A stretch of DNA of 64,000 nt from Nitrospirales bacterium (GTDB taxonomy: Bacteria; Nitrospirota; Nitrospiria; Nitrospirales; UBA8639), in assembly GCA_965208595.1 (NCBI GenBank), contig OZ242346.1:2112735-2176734 (forward strand). The letters run 5' to 3'. Numbering within the stretch: the first letter of the stretch is position 1; every line of letters starts with the position of its first letter. This document shows positions 18,784-28,945 of the stretch, piece by piece. The notes beneath the pieces are model-generated. The model was not told the origin of the DNA and made no database searches. It was given only the letters and a program-made list of their open reading frames with translations. Made by a program: the position numbers and the translations under genes.

Positions 18784-21213
18784 ATGTTCGAGCGATTCAC
18801 GGACAGAGGTCGCAAGATAATTATTCTGGCCCGCGAAGAGGCTGAACGCCATCAGAACGATTATCTCGGCACGGAGCATTTGGTCCTGGCCATTCTCCGT
18901 GAATCCGATGGCATTGCCCTCATGATCATCAAGAAGATGGGGCTGTCTCCGGAGCAGATTCGTCTGGAGGTGGAACGCAGCTTGCCCAGTGGCGGGACGA
19001 CCGTCACCTTCGGGGAAATTCCCTTCAGCCCGCGCGTCAAGAAGGTCATTGAATACGGCGTCGAAGAGGCGAGATTGCTCGGACACAATCACATCGGGAG
19101 TGAACATCTCCTGTTGGGCTTGTTGCGGGAAGAAGAAGGGATCGGCGGAAAGGTGCTTCGCAGCCTGGGCGGCAACCTGCTCACGGCTCGTCAATTGACC
19201 GTGACCTTCCTGCGGAAATCGGGAACCCGGGAGCGGGACAAGAAAAGCAGCACGCCCGCGCTCGATGAGTTCGGCCGGGACCTGACGCAGTTGGCGCAGG
19301 ACTCCATGTTGGATCCCGTCATCGGCCGCGGCGATGAAATCGAGCGGGTGTTGCAGATCTTGAGCCGCCGTTCCAAAAACAACCCGGCCCTGATCGGCGA
19401 ATCCGGGGTAGGTAAAACCGCAATCGTCGAAGGGTTGGCCCAGCGAATCGTCTCGATGGACGTTCCGGATAATCTCCTGAACCGGCGCGTGATCGCCTTG
19501 GACCTGGGGTCCCTGGTTGCCGGCACGAAGTACCGGGGGCAGTTTGAAGAACGGCTGAAAGTGGTCATGAAGGAAATCGTGCAGGCCGGCAACGTGATCC
19601 TGTTCATCGATGAGTTACATACCCTGGTTGGCGCGGGCGCGGCCGAAGGGTCGATCGATGCTGCCAATATGCTCAAGCCGGCGTTGTCCCGGGGCGAAAT
19701 TCACTGCATCGGGGCGACCACCATGGATGAATACCGAAAACATATTGAAAAGGACGGCGCCCTGAAACGGCGGTTCCAGCCCATTTACGTGAATCCGCCT
19801 TCCGTGGAAGAAACGATCAAGATCATTCAAGGCTTGCGGGACCGCTATGAAGAGCACCATGGCGTGGAGATTTCGGATGACGCGGTGGTGGAAGCCGTGA
19901 AATTGACCGATCGCTACATCACGGATCGATTCCTTCCGGACAAGGCCATCGATTTGATCGACGAGACGGGGTCCCGGGCCAAGTTGCAATCCTATTCGTT
20001 GCCTCCCGAGTTGAAATCGTTGGAACAGGAACTCAAGCGCGTGGCGCACGAAAAAGAAGTCGCCATCGGGTTACAAAGTTTCGAAGAAGCCGTGAAGTAT
20101 CGGGAAGAAGAAGAACGGCTCCGCAAACTGCTGGAGGATGCCAAGCGCGATTGGAAGAAGAACCAGGAGCAGCAGAAGCCGGTGATCGGGGCCGAGGAAG
20201 TCAGTTTTGTGGTGTCCAAAATTACGGGCATTCCGCTTTTCAAACTCGAAGAGGAAGAGTCGGAAAAGCTGCTGCACATGGAAGACTTTCTTCACAAGCG
20301 TATCGTGGGGCAGGAGGAAGCCATTTCCGCGGTCTGTCGCGCCATTCGTCGCTCACGAGCCGGCCTCAAGGAGGCGCGCAAACCGATCGGGTCCTTTATC
20401 TTCCTGGGACCGACAGGCGTCGGGAAGACCGAACTGGCACGGGCCTTGGCGGGGTTTTTGTTTAATACCGAGGATGCCCTGATTCGGATCGACATGTCGG
20501 AGTACCAGGAGAAATTTACAAGTTCCCGGTTGTTCGGTGCCCCTCCGGGATACGTGGGTTATGAAGAGGGCGGACAGTTGACCGAGAAAGTGCGGCGACG
20601 CCCGTATTCGGTGGTGTTGTTCGATGAGATCGAAAAGGCCCACCCGGATATCTTCAACGTGCTTTTGCAAGTTCTGGATGATGGGGTGCTCACGGATAGC
20701 TTGGGGCGGAAAGTCGATTTCAAGAACGCGATTCTCGTGATGACGTCCAACCTGGGCACGAAGCTCATTCAGAAGGGCGTGTCCCTCGGGTTCCAAAAAG
20801 TCGAAGAGGCGGAAACCCGGAAGCGAATGAAGAACGATATTCTGGATGAATTGAAGCGGAGTTTCAGCCCGGAATTTTTGAATCGCGTCGATGAGTTCGT
20901 GGTCTTCCATCCGTTGGAAAAAGAGCATTTGCTGAACATCGTCGACATTCTGATACGCGAGTTGAACGAACGGTTGGCGGAGCGTGAGGTCCAATTGGAG
21001 ATCGGCGATGAGGTCAAGCAATGGCTGATTACGAAAGGGTATCAACCGCAGTATGGAGCCAGGCCTATGAGGCGAACCATCCAAAAGCTCCTGGGTGATC
21101 CTTTGTCCGATGAACTCATTCGAGGGCGTTTTAAGGATGTCAAGAAAATTAAAGTGACTCTTCGAGACGACGCTCCCGTTTTTGTTGAAGAAGAAGCGAT
21201 GGCGAGCGTCTGA
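18784..21213 (+). CDS. clpC: ATP-dependent Clp protease ATP-binding subunit ClpC
   Basis: It has a double Clp_N repeat, two AAA modules ([16 protein letters not shown]) and a UVR-like linker. Its length is about 810 aa. Confidence 0.95.
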   Translation: MFERFTDRGRKIIILAREEAERHQNDYLGTEHLVLAILRESDGIALMIIKKMGLSPEQIRLEVERSLPSGGTTVTFGEIPFSPRVKKVIEYGVEEARLLGHNHIGSEHLLLGLLREEEGIGGKVLRSLGGNLLTARQLTVTFLRKSGTRERDKKSSTPALDEFGRDLTQLAQDSMLDPVIGRGDEIERVLQILSRRSKNNPALIGESGVGKTAIVEGLAQRIVSMDVPDNLLNRRVIALDLGSLVAGTKYRGQFEERLKVVMKEIVQAGNVILFIDELHTLVGAGAAEGSIDAANMLKPALSRGEIHCIGATTMDEYRKHIEKDGALKRRFQPIYVNPPSVEETIKIIQGLRDRYEEHHGVEISDDAVVEAVKLTDRYITDRFLPDKAIDLIDETGSRAKLQSYSLPPELKSLEQELKRVAHEKEVAIGLQSFEEAVKYREEEERLRKLLEDAKRDWKKNQEQQKPVIGAEEVSFVVSKITGIPLFKLEEEESEKLLHMEDFLHKRIVGQEEAISAVCRAIRRSRAGLKEARKPIGSFIFLGPTGVGKTELARALAGFLFNTEDALIRIDMSEYQEKFTSSRLFGAPPGYVGYEEGGQLTEKVRRRPYSVVLFDEIEKAHPDIFNVLLQVLDDGVLTDSLGRKVDFKNAILVMTSNLGTKLIQKGVSLGFQKVEEAETRKRMKNDILDELKRSFSPEFLNRVDEFVVFHPLEKEHLLNIVDILIRELNERLAEREVQLEIGDEVKQWLITKGYQPQYGARPMRRTIQKLLGDPLSDELIRGRFKDVKKIKVTLRDDAPVFVEEEAMASV

Positions 21214-21270
21214 GGGGCGGTTGCGATAAGACAACAAATCATTCACGGATTGGTTCCCTTCTCTTGATAG

Positions 21271-21311
21271 ACGACTCTCGTTACCCCGCGTGGCGAGAGT
21301 CGTTGTTTTTT
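21271..21311 (+). terminator. Rho-independent terminator after clpC
   Basis: acgactctcg-N13-cgagagtcgt followed by tgtttttt. Confidence 0.7.
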
Positions 21312-21331
21312 ATGATGACTGTTCTCCGCTG

Positions 21332-22405
21332 ATGCCTCGAAACGGCCAAACTCCCACGAGCCGCGTGCCGACCTCCAGTCTCTTGGGCATCGAAACGTCT
21401 TGTGATGAAACAGCCGCCGCGGTGTTCTCGCTGCAAGGGCACCTGCTGTCGAATCTGGTGGCGTCCCAACACGAGGTGCACGGCCGTTTCGGCGGGGTGG
21501 TGCCGGAACTGGCCTCGAGAAAACACGTGGAAAGGATTGAGGAGGTGACGCAGGCCGCTCTTGAGCAGGCGGGTGTCGGTTGGTCGGATCTTCGGGCGAT
21601 TGCGGTCACGCAAGGGCCCGGACTTGCCGGTGCGTTGGTCGTGGGCGTGAGTTTCGGCAAGGCCCTGGCGTATGCCTTGGGCGTACCGTGCATCGGCGTG
21701 CATCATCTGGAAGGGCACATTGCCTCAGCGTGGCTGGAATATCCCGATTTCGTGACCCCCTGCATCGTGCTTGTGGTATCCGGCGGGCATACCCACTTGT
21801 ATCTCGTCCCTCAACGCGGTGAATACCGGCTCCTCGGCAAAACGCTTGATGACGCCGCGGGCGAGGCGTTTGATAAGGGCGCCAAGATGCTGGGTCTTGC
21901 CTACCCGGGCGGTCCCGCGCTCGATCGTCTGGCGCAATCAGGGGATCCCTCGGTCGTCCGGTTCCCTCGTCCGTATCTGAACAAGGGAGGGTCCAATTTC
22001 AGTTTCAGTGGCCTTAAAACTTCGTTGTTGTATTATTTGAGGGACCAGGAGTCATTACCAACATCGGCGGACGTGGCCGCGGGATACCAGGAAGCCATTG
22101 TGGACGTGCTGGTGGAAAAATCGTTTCGGGCGGTACGCCGGTACGGCGTCGCCGGATTGGCGGTGGTCGGCGGGGTCAGCGCGAATTCCCGTTTGCGTGC
22201 GGCCTTACAGGCTCGTGCGGAAAAAGAAGGCATTCGTCTTGCGCTGCCGCGGATGCCTTTCTGTACGGATAATGCCGCAATGGTGGCTGCTGCCGGATGG
22301 TGGGCCTACCAGGATCAGCGGTGGGCTTCGTGGGACTTGGATGCCCAGCCAGGTCTGGCTATCGAGACCACGACGTCCGGAAACGGTTCAGGCATTTCAG
22401 TCTAG
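21332..22405 (+). CDS. tsaD: tRNA N6-adenosine threonylcarbamoyltransferase
   Basis: 'LLGIETSCDETAAAV', 'VHHLEGH' and 'SGGHT'. The ATG at 21332 lies downstream of the clpC terminator. Confidence 0.9.
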   Translation: MPRNGQTPTSRVPTSSLLGIETSCDETAAAVFSLQGHLLSNLVASQHEVHGRFGGVVPELASRKHVERIEEVTQAALEQAGVGWSDLRAIAVTQGPGLAGALVVGVSFGKALAYALGVPCIGVHHLEGHIASAWLEYPDFVTPCIVLVVSGGHTHLYLVPQRGEYRLLGKTLDDAAGEAFDKGAKMLGLAYPGGPALDRLAQSGDPSVVRFPRPYLNKGGSNFSFSGLKTSLLYYLRDQESLPTSADVAAGYQEAIVDVLVEKSFRAVRRYGVAGLAVVGGVSANSRLRAALQARAEKEGIRLALPRMPFCTDNAAMVAAAGWWAYQDQRWASWDLDAQPGLAIETTTSGNGSGISV

Positions 22406-22416
22406 CAGAATTAGTT

Positions 22417-22456
22417 CCTCCTCTCCCTTGACGGGAGAGGGAGTTAAAAGGGGGGC
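22417..22456 (+). repeat. REP-A element, subfamily A2
   Basis: cctcctctcccttgacgggagagggagttaaaagggggg. Confidence 0.8.
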
Positions 22457-22490
22457 TTCTATTCCACATGCCATTGGACATCTGACCGGG

Positions 22491-24131
22491 TTGAAACCCG
22501 GCCAGATTACGCGGCTCGAACGGTTGTATCGTCGGCGCGTGCCCGTTGAAAAAGTCATTTCTCCGGAGTTGGCTCGATCCTGCACGGAATTGTCGCATGA
22601 GATTCGACGGCAAATCGGGTTGCTGATCAATCGGCGGGGTATCATCGAATCCGTCATCATCGGCACGGATCGTCAGTTGGTGATCCCGGATCTGGCGCGA
22701 AGCCGGTCCGGCCCCCGGTTATTGCGCGGCGTTCGGTTCGTGCACACGCATCTCAAAAATCAACCGTTGACCAAAGACGACCTGACCGACCTGGCGCTGC
22801 TTCGTTTGGATTTGATGGCAGTGCTCGGCGTGGGAAACGGAGGTGAACCGGTGTCGATCTCGCTGGCCCACCTGCTGCCGCCCAACCAGCAAGGGAAAGC
22901 CTATGAGGCATGGGCGCCGCAGACCTTACAGGCGTTTCAGTGCCAATGTGATCAGTTCGTGCAATCGTTGGAAGCTGAAATTTCCAAGGCGACCCCGGCG
23001 CTTCGTCGAACGGACGACAGCCCCAATGCGTTGCTGGTCAGTGTCACGGAGGGGAATCGGGCCGATCAGGAAGAATGCCTGCGTGAGTGTCAGGACTTGG
23101 CGACGTCACAGGGCATTCAGGTGGTTGGAACCGTGATGCAACGATTATCGCGGGTCAATCCCAAGTACGTGTTGGGGGTGGGAAAGATTACCGAGGTGAT
23201 CATCCACGCGCTGCAAAGCGGGGCCGACCTGTTGATTTTCGATCGGGACCTGACCCCGACTCAGATCCGGTCGTTATCCGAGCTGATCGAGTTGAAGGTC
23301 ATCGATCGGACGCAGTTGATCCTGGATATTTTTGCCAGCCGGGCGCATTCACGCGCCGGGAAGATTCAAGTGGAACTCGCGCAACTCAAGTATCTGTTGC
23401 CCCGGCTGTCTCAATCCAGCACGGCGTTCTCCCGTTTGGGAGGCGGCATCGGGGCGCGAGGCCCCGGCGAAACCAAACTGGAGACCGACCTCAGAAGAGT
23501 CCGGGATCGGATTCATCACCTCGAACGCGAGTTGAAGGATTTGAGTCGTCACCGGGAACAGCAACGCCCCAGGCGCCTGCGCGGAGGTGTTCCGGTCGTG
23601 TCGATCGTCGGCTATACGAATGCCGGGAAATCCACCTTGCTGAACACCTTGACCCATAGCCGTGTCTCGGCCAAGAATCAGCCGTTTGAAACACTGGATA
23701 CCGTCAATCGACGGCTCAGGCTTCCTTCAGGCCGGCACGTGATTCTGACCGATACCGTCGGGTTCATTCGAGACCTGCCCCAGGATCTCCTGGAAGCCTT
23801 TCGCACGACGCTCGACGAACTCCACCAGGCCGACGTACTGGTGCACGTCGTGGATGCGACCGCACCGGATCGTGATCAGCAAATAGGCGTGGTCGAAGGA
23901 CTCTTGCATGATCTCGACCTGCAGCACGTGACCCGGGTTCTCGTCATGAACAAGTGCGATCAATTGCCGCCGGAAGACGTGGACGTGCTCGAGCGGCGCT
24001 TTCAGGCCTGCCCTGAGCTAAATCGAAGGGCCCTGTGCGTCTCCGCTCTCCGGAAAGAGACCCTGGCCCCGTTGCGGGACGCGATCGCCGACGCCCTGGA
24101 ATCCGGAGTGCCGGTGGCGGAGGCAGGGTGA
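22491..24131 (+). CDS. hflX: GTPase HflX with a roughly 180-aa N-terminal extension; the start is uncertain (TTG 22491 or GTG 22539)
   Basis: G1 is 'GYTNAGKSTLLN', G3 is 'DTVGFI' and G4 is 'NKCD'. The HflX N-domain has 'ELAQLKYLLPRL'. There is no in-frame ATG after the tsaD stop. Confidence 0.88.
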   Translation: MKPGQITRLERLYRRRVPVEKVISPELARSCTELSHEIRRQIGLLINRRGIIESVIIGTDRQLVIPDLARSRSGPRLLRGVRFVHTHLKNQPLTKDDLTDLALLRLDLMAVLGVGNGGEPVSISLAHLLPPNQQGKAYEAWAPQTLQAFQCQCDQFVQSLEAEISKATPALRRTDDSPNALLVSVTEGNRADQEECLRECQDLATSQGIQVVGTVMQRLSRVNPKYVLGVGKITEVIIHALQSGADLLIFDRDLTPTQIRSLSELIELKVIDRTQLILDIFASRAHSRAGKIQVELAQLKYLLPRLSQSSTAFSRLGGGIGARGPGETKLETDLRRVRDRIHHLERELKDLSRHREQQRPRRLRGGVPVVSIVGYTNAGKSTLLNTLTHSRVSAKNQPFETLDTVNRRLRLPSGRHVILTDTVGFIRDLPQDLLEAFRTTLDELHQADVLVHVVDATAPDRDQQIGVVEGLLHDLDLQHVTRVLVMNKCDQLPPEDVDVLERRFQACPELNRRALCVSALRKETLAPLRDAIADALESGVPVAEAG

Positions 24132-24173
24132 AAAATCCAAAATCAGCAATCAACAATCAAAAATCAACAATGA
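24132..24173 (+). repeat. Six tandem heptads (NNAATCA) filling the hflX-nth spacer
   Basis: aaaatcc aaaatca gcaatca acaatca aaaatca acaATGa. The last unit carries the nth ATG. Confidence 0.8.
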
Positions 24174-24805
24174 CCCTTGCCCGCCGGATTCTGAAACGCC
24201 TTCGCACGCAGGGAACGAACGCGCCGGTGGAACTCAGCTACACCAACCCTTTTGAGTTGCTGGTGGCGACGATTCTGTCGGCCCAATGTACGGATGAACG
24301 GGTGAACCGGGTGACGCCGGCGTTGTTTGCGGCCTATCCGGGTGCCCGGGAATTGGCCCGCGCGTCTCAAGCGCAACTGGAGAGGTTGATCAAACCAACG
24401 GGGTTTTACCGGAACAAGGCGCAACATTTAGTGAAGTGCAGTCAAGCCCTGGTGTCGCAGTTCCAAGGGGCCGTGCCGAAGACCATGGAAGAATTGTCAT
24501 CGTTGCCCGGGATCGGCAGAAAGACCGCCAACGTGGTGTTGGGCGCCTGTTTCGGGGTGCCGGCGATTGTCGTGGATACGCACGTGAAACGCGTGGCCCA
24601 GCGATTGCAACTCACCCGGCATACCGACCCCACCAAAATCGAGTTTGACTTGCAGGCGGTCTGGCCCGCCAAGGACTGGACAGACGGCGCTCAACGGATT
24701 TTGCTTCATGGCCGTTACGTGTGCCTGGCACGGAAACCTCAATGTGCCGCCTGCGTGTTGTATGAAGACTGTGAATGGGAAGGAAAGGTTCTGCGGTCAT
24801 GTTGA
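24170..24805 (+). CDS. nth: Endonuclease III
   Basis: 'LVATILSAQCTDERVN', the HhH motif 'LPGIGRKTANVV', and the C-terminal Cys cluster 'CLARKPQCAACVLYEDC'. Confidence 0.9.
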   Translation: MTLARRILKRLRTQGTNAPVELSYTNPFELLVATILSAQCTDERVNRVTPALFAAYPGARELARASQAQLERLIKPTGFYRNKAQHLVKCSQALVSQFQGAVPKTMEELSSLPGIGRKTANVVLGACFGVPAIVVDTHVKRVAQRLQLTRHTDPTKIEFDLQAVWPAKDWTDGAQRILLHGRYVCLARKPQCAACVLYEDCEWEGKVLRSC

Positions 24806-25671
24806 TAAGCATGACGGGTTTCGGCAAGCGGGAAGGGGCCAGTCACGGGCTGGCCGTGGCCGTGGAAGTCCGGTCGGTGAACCATCGATTTCGGGAAATC
24901 GTCCTTCGGGTACCCAAGGGAGGGTTTGAGTGGGAAGAGGAATTGAAGGCGCTGGTGGCCCGAAAATGTCGCCGGGGACGAATCGAACTCGTCGTCGTTT
25001 ATGGAAAAGGCCATGATCGTGGCAAACACGTGACGCTTGATCGTCCCTTGGCGCGGCATTATTATCGGGCACTGAAGGATTTACAGCGGGACTTCCGGTT
25101 AGGGGGGAACATCGACGTCGAACTGTTGGCCTCGTTCCGTGATATTTTTCGCGTTGCCGAAACGCCGATCGACGACAAGCACCTGAACCGGGTGGTGAAG
25201 AGGCTCACGTCAGGTGCGCTCGCGGACCTTGACCGCATGCGGTCGAAAGAGGGGAAAGCCCTCCAGGTTGATATCGCGGAACGGCTGAAGGCGATGCGGG
25301 AGATGCACCGGTCAATCGAACGCCGTCTGCCCCTCGTGGTCAAAGGCCTCCAGGAGCGTCTGCGGTCGCGCGTGGACGCGTTGGCCGGGGGCGAGCAGGA
25401 AACGTGGCTCAACAAGGAATTGGCGCTCGTGGCCGACCGGTGTGACGTAACGGAAGAACTCATCAGGTTCCGGAGCCATGGCACACAATTTGAGGAGATG
25501 CTGAAAAAACGGGAGCCGGTCGGACGTCAGTTGGATTTTTTGTTGCAGGAAATGGGTCGCGAAGTGAATACGATCGGGTCCAAGGCGAATGACGCGGAAA
25601 TCGCGAAACACGTCATTCATCTCAAGAGTGAACTGGAAAAGATTCGCGAGCAGGTGCAAAATGTGGAATAG
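24799..25671 (+). CDS. yicC: YicC-family stress-induced protein
   Basis: 'MLISMTGFGK...VEVRSVNHRF' and a DUF1732-like C-terminus. It overlaps the nth stop by 7 nt. Confidence 0.85.
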   Translation: MLISMTGFGKREGASHGLAVAVEVRSVNHRFREIVLRVPKGGFEWEEELKALVARKCRRGRIELVVVYGKGHDRGKHVTLDRPLARHYYRALKDLQRDFRLGGNIDVELLASFRDIFRVAETPIDDKHLNRVVKRLTSGALADLDRMRSKEGKALQVDIAERLKAMREMHRSIERRLPLVVKGLQERLRSRVDALAGGEQETWLNKELALVADRCDVTEELIRFRSHGTQFEEMLKKREPVGRQLDFLLQEMGREVNTIGSKANDAEIAKHVIHLKSELEKIREQVQNVE

Positions 25672-25691
25672 TTGCGGAGAAAGCTTGGCTG

Positions 25692-26333
25692 ATGTCGGCT
25701 GACGGTGTATTGGTGGTGGTATCGGGTCCTTCCGGGGTCGGGAAAAGCACCTTGTGTAAAAACATCGTGACCCGGGTGCCGAGTACGACGTTGTCGGTGT
25801 CCTATACGACCAGGAAACCGAGGCCTGGCGAGCGTGAGGGAGTTGAGTATTGCTTTGTCGATGAGGCAACGTTTCAGGATCTGGTTCAGGCGGAGGCGTT
25901 CGTGGAGTGGGCTGAAGTGTATGGCAACAAGTACGGCACCCCGAAACAACCGTTGGTGGAGGCCTTGCATAAAGGGATCGACGTGTTGTTGGATATCGAT
26001 GCGCAGGGCGCCAAGCAAATTATGGAACGCTTTGCCGGGGCCGTATACGTGTTCGTGGCCCCGCCGTCGATCGACGTCCTTCGCAACCGGCTCTGCCGGC
26101 GGGCCAAGGATCCCCCGGACGAAATCGAGCGTCGTCTGCATAAAGCGAGTGATGAAATCGCCAATTTCAAAGCCTATCATTATTTCGTTCGGAATGACGA
26201 ACTCCTGCAGGCGACGAAAGAATTGGAATCCATTATTCTGGCCGAACGAGTGAAGACCAACCGATTGGACCCTGAAGTGCTTGTGGAAAATGGGTTGGTC
26301 GAATCCGTGACGATGAAAAAGATTGCTACCTAA
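25692..26333 (+). CDS. gmk: Guanylate kinase
   Basis: 'VVVSGPSGVGKSTL' and 'YTTRKPRPGE..GVEYCFV'. Confidence 0.95.
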   Translation: MSADGVLVVVSGPSGVGKSTLCKNIVTRVPSTTLSVSYTTRKPRPGEREGVEYCFVDEATFQDLVQAEAFVEWAEVYGNKYGTPKQPLVEALHKGIDVLLDIDAQGAKQIMERFAGAVYVFVAPPSIDVLRNRLCRRAKDPPDEIERRLHKASDEIANFKAYHYFVRNDELLQATKELESIILAERVKTNRLDPEVLVENGLVESVTMKKIAT

Positions 26334-26359
26334 CCGTATTCACCAAAGGAGTTTCGATC

Positions 26360-26728
26360 ATGATTGATACGCTTCCATTGCTTCCGGACGATAGAGCCGG
26401 TAAGTTCGATTCCCGCTACCGAGTCGTGTTGGTCGCTGCCCAACGGGCGAAACAGATTATGCGTGGGACCGCGCAAGCTCAGACGAGCAAATTCACCAAA
26501 GAAACCTCCATTGCTCTTGAGGAAGTGTTGGGAGACAACGTGGAGTATTTGATGGGACAAGAAGCGCGTGAGGCGCTTCGTGAAGCAAGGAGAGGCCTGG
26601 AAGGTGAATTCGAACCGGCGTTGTTGGCGGAGACTGATGAAGATGTCAAAGAAATCAAGCAGCAACTCAGCGTCTACGTTGACGATTCGCCGAAAGAACC
26701 CGCCGTGGAGGCAGAAGCAGAGGGATGA
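26360..26728 (+). CDS. rpoZ: RNA polymerase omega subunit with an acidic C-terminal tail
   Basis: 'DSRYRVVLVAAQRAKQIM', and its position immediately after gmk. Confidence 0.9.
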   Translation: MIDTLPLLPDDRAGKFDSRYRVVLVAAQRAKQIMRGTAQAQTSKFTKETSIALEEVLGDNVEYLMGQEAREALREARRGLEGEFEPALLAETDEDVKEIKQQLSVYVDDSPKEPAVEAEAEG

Positions 26729-26737
26729 AGGCGGCCC

Positions 26738-26786
26738 CTTTCTCCCTCTCCTTTTGGGAGAGGGCAGGGGTGAGGGGGGGGGGGGG
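26738..26786 (+). repeat. REP-A element, subfamily A1, ending in a G13 homopolymer
   Basis: ccctctcc-tttt-gggagaggg-ca-gggg-tga-G13. The G run spans 26774-26786. Confidence 0.85.
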
Positions 26787-26821
26787 AACGACAGAAGGAT
26801 GCCCCAATCCGGGAACTCACG

Positions 26822-28078
26822 ATGAGCGAAAAGGCGTTACAAGGCAAGAAAATCGTTCTCTGTGTCACGGGCAGCATTGCGGCCTATAAAGCCGTGTCCC
26901 TGCTTCGGACGCTGGTTGAGAAAGGGGCGGAGGTGTCCGTGGTCATGACGTCGTCCGCCACGCAGTTCGTGGCGCCGTTGACCTTCGAAGTGTTGTCCGG
27001 CCGGCCGGTGCTTCAACGGCTCTTTGCCGATGTCCAACCCATGCCGCACCTGAAGGTGACGGAAGACGCGGGCCTGATCCTGGTGGCGCCGGCCACGGCG
27101 AACTGCCTGGCCAAGTGTGCGCTGGGTTTGGCTGACGATCTGCTGAGCACGTTGTTCGTGGCCGCACGATGTCCTATCGTGATGGCCCCGGCCATGGATG
27201 GCGAAATGTGGGACCATCCTGCGCTGGCGGCGCATGTGCGGACGTTGCGCGAGCGTGGGATCGTGGTGCTGGAGCCGGAGGAAGGTCCGCTGGCATCCGG
27301 TCTGATCGGAAAAGGACGGTTGCCTGCCGAACACGTGATTATAGAAACGGTGCGTTCCCGTCTGGCTCACCGGCTGGACTGGTCCGGGCAGCGGGTGCTC
27401 GTCTCGGCCGGCCCCACGCGGGAACCGATCGATGCGGTTCGCTTTATCACGAATGCCTCTTCGGGAAAAATGGGATACGCGATGGCGGAAGCCGCGGCCC
27501 AACGGGGAGCCGAGGTGTTGCTCGTCAGCGGCCCGACGGCTCTGCCGCCTCCCCCCAACGTGACGCGCGTCTCCGTGGTCACCGCTGAAGAGATGTATCA
27601 AGAACTGGATGCCCGGTTTGCATGGGCTACCATCCTCGTAATGACCGCGGCGGTCGGGGACTTTCGGCCCCGGCATCCCTCGTCCGCAAAGTCAAAAAAA
27701 CACGAGTGGAGCGGTGAGCCCCTGGAACTCGAGCGCACCCCGGACATCCTGCAATCGTTGTCACGGAAACGCACGCACCACGTGCTGGTCGGGTTTGCCG
27801 CGGAGTCCGAGGACCTGCTCGCCAACGGCCGCAAAAAACTGCAACAGAAAAATCTCGATCTGCTGGTGATCAACAGGATTACGGGACCGCAATCGGCATT
27901 CGGTAATGAGACCAATGAAGTGATCCTGCTTCCTCGTCACGGAACACCCCTTGAGGTCGAACGTATGCCGAAACGGCACTTGGCCGATCGCATTTTGGAT
28001 ACGGTTCAGGAGCAGTGTATCAGTTCTTCACCCTCTGGTTCTCAGCAACCGCATGAGGGAATCCGCCGGATTCAATAA
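26822..28078 (+). CDS. coaBC: Bifunctional phosphopantothenoylcysteine decarboxylase/synthetase
   Basis: 'GKKIVLCVTGSIAAYKAV', 'APAMDGEMW' and 'ITNASSGKMG'. Confidence 0.95.
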   Translation: MSEKALQGKKIVLCVTGSIAAYKAVSLLRTLVEKGAEVSVVMTSSATQFVAPLTFEVLSGRPVLQRLFADVQPMPHLKVTEDAGLILVAPATANCLAKCALGLADDLLSTLFVAARCPIVMAPAMDGEMWDHPALAAHVRTLRERGIVVLEPEEGPLASGLIGKGRLPAEHVIIETVRSRLAHRLDWSGQRVLVSAGPTREPIDAVRFITNASSGKMGYAMAEAAAQRGAEVLLVSGPTALPPPPNVTRVSVVTAEEMYQELDARFAWATILVMTAAVGDFRPRHPSSAKSKKHEWSGEPLELERTPDILQSLSRKRTHHVLVGFAAESEDLLANGRKKLQQKNLDLLVINRITGPQSAFGNETNEVILLPRHGTPLEVERMPKRHLADRILDTVQEQCISSSPSGSQQPHEGIRRIQ

Positions 28079-28105
28079 TCTCCGAGCACTCGTCTGCCGT
28101 ACAAA

Positions 28106-28555
28106 ATGAGTTCCAAGCGCCCGGTGTTCATTAATTTTGTGTTGGTGGCTCTGTTTGCCGGTGGAACGGCCTTTCCCTTACAAGACGCTGCCGGTCAAAC
28201 AAGCCCGGTCTTGGCTGATCCTCCGTCCGCGCAACTAGCCCCCGTTGAACCGGAAAAGCCGAAACCTTTGCCTGATTTCGATCCGGAGAATCCTCAAGCC
28301 ATCGGCATCATTCTCGCCTTTCACCGCTGGCCTGATGAAGACGAACGAAGAATCATTCTTGAAGAGACAGCAGAGGCGGGGCTCGCAAAAACCGAAGAGA
28401 TCCCTCGTTTCAAAATCTGGCTTTTTGAATGGGGCGATTGGCAAAAGGCGGAAACGGCTGAGAAGTTCTGCCGCAACCTGCCGGATCTTTCCTCCCTGGA
28501 GTACTGTGAGCCGGACGAGTTACTCGGCCCCGCCACCGGCTCTGGAAAGGAATGA
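28106..28555 (+). CDS. Hypothetical exported protein
   Basis: It has a signal-like N-terminus (VFINFVLVALFAGGTAFP). I recognise no domain. Confidence 0.5.
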   Translation: MSSKRPVFINFVLVALFAGGTAFPLQDAAGQTSPVLADPPSAQLAPVEPEKPKPLPDFDPENPQAIGIILAFHRWPDEDERRIILEETAEAGLAKTEEIPRFKIWLFEWGDWQKAETAEKFCRNLPDLSSLEYCEPDELLGPATGSGKE

Positions 28556-28600
28556 GTGAACTCATACCAGGGTCGCGCCGAAACGGGGAAACTGACAAAC

Positions 28601-28945
28601 CTATGTGCTCTCACTTGAATAAACAGCTTGCAACAAGGTGTCTTTCACCCAGGCATTTAAGGTTTTATCCTCGTCTGCGGCTGCGAGGCTGATCATTTCA
28701 TGAACATCCGGACCAACCCTGGCGACAAATTTGCCGGAGTATGATTTATACGGAGCGATTCCTCTCCGTGTACATTCATCCAGATAGACTTCCCAGGACT
28801 TTTTGAACTCACGCTTTAACTCAGCCACCGTTTTGCCGTAAAAATCCGCGCTGCCGGTTAAACCCAGGATCTCTCCCCGGAAAAGTTCCGCATCCTGATC
28901 AAACTCGATTTTGGCCTTCATGTTTCCGAGCGTCATGATGTTCAT
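28601..28945 (-). CDS. hicB: HicB-family antitoxin
   Basis: 'KIEFDQDAELFRGEILGL...FYGKTVAELKREF' and a C-terminal RHH-like 'GKFVARVGPDVHEMIS'. It overlaps hicA by 4 nt. Confidence 0.8.
   Translation of the reverse strand: MNIMTLGNMKAKIEFDQDAELFRGEILGLTGSADFYGKTVAELKREFKKSWEVYLDECTRRGIAPYKSYSGKFVARVGPDVHEMISLAAADEDKTLNAWVKDTLLQAVYSSEST

Noticed and set aside
22098-22490. An upstream extension of the hflX ORF
   Set aside because: It overlaps the last 300 nt of tsaD in another frame and then reads through a REP-A repeat. No HflX-like sequence appears until after 22490.
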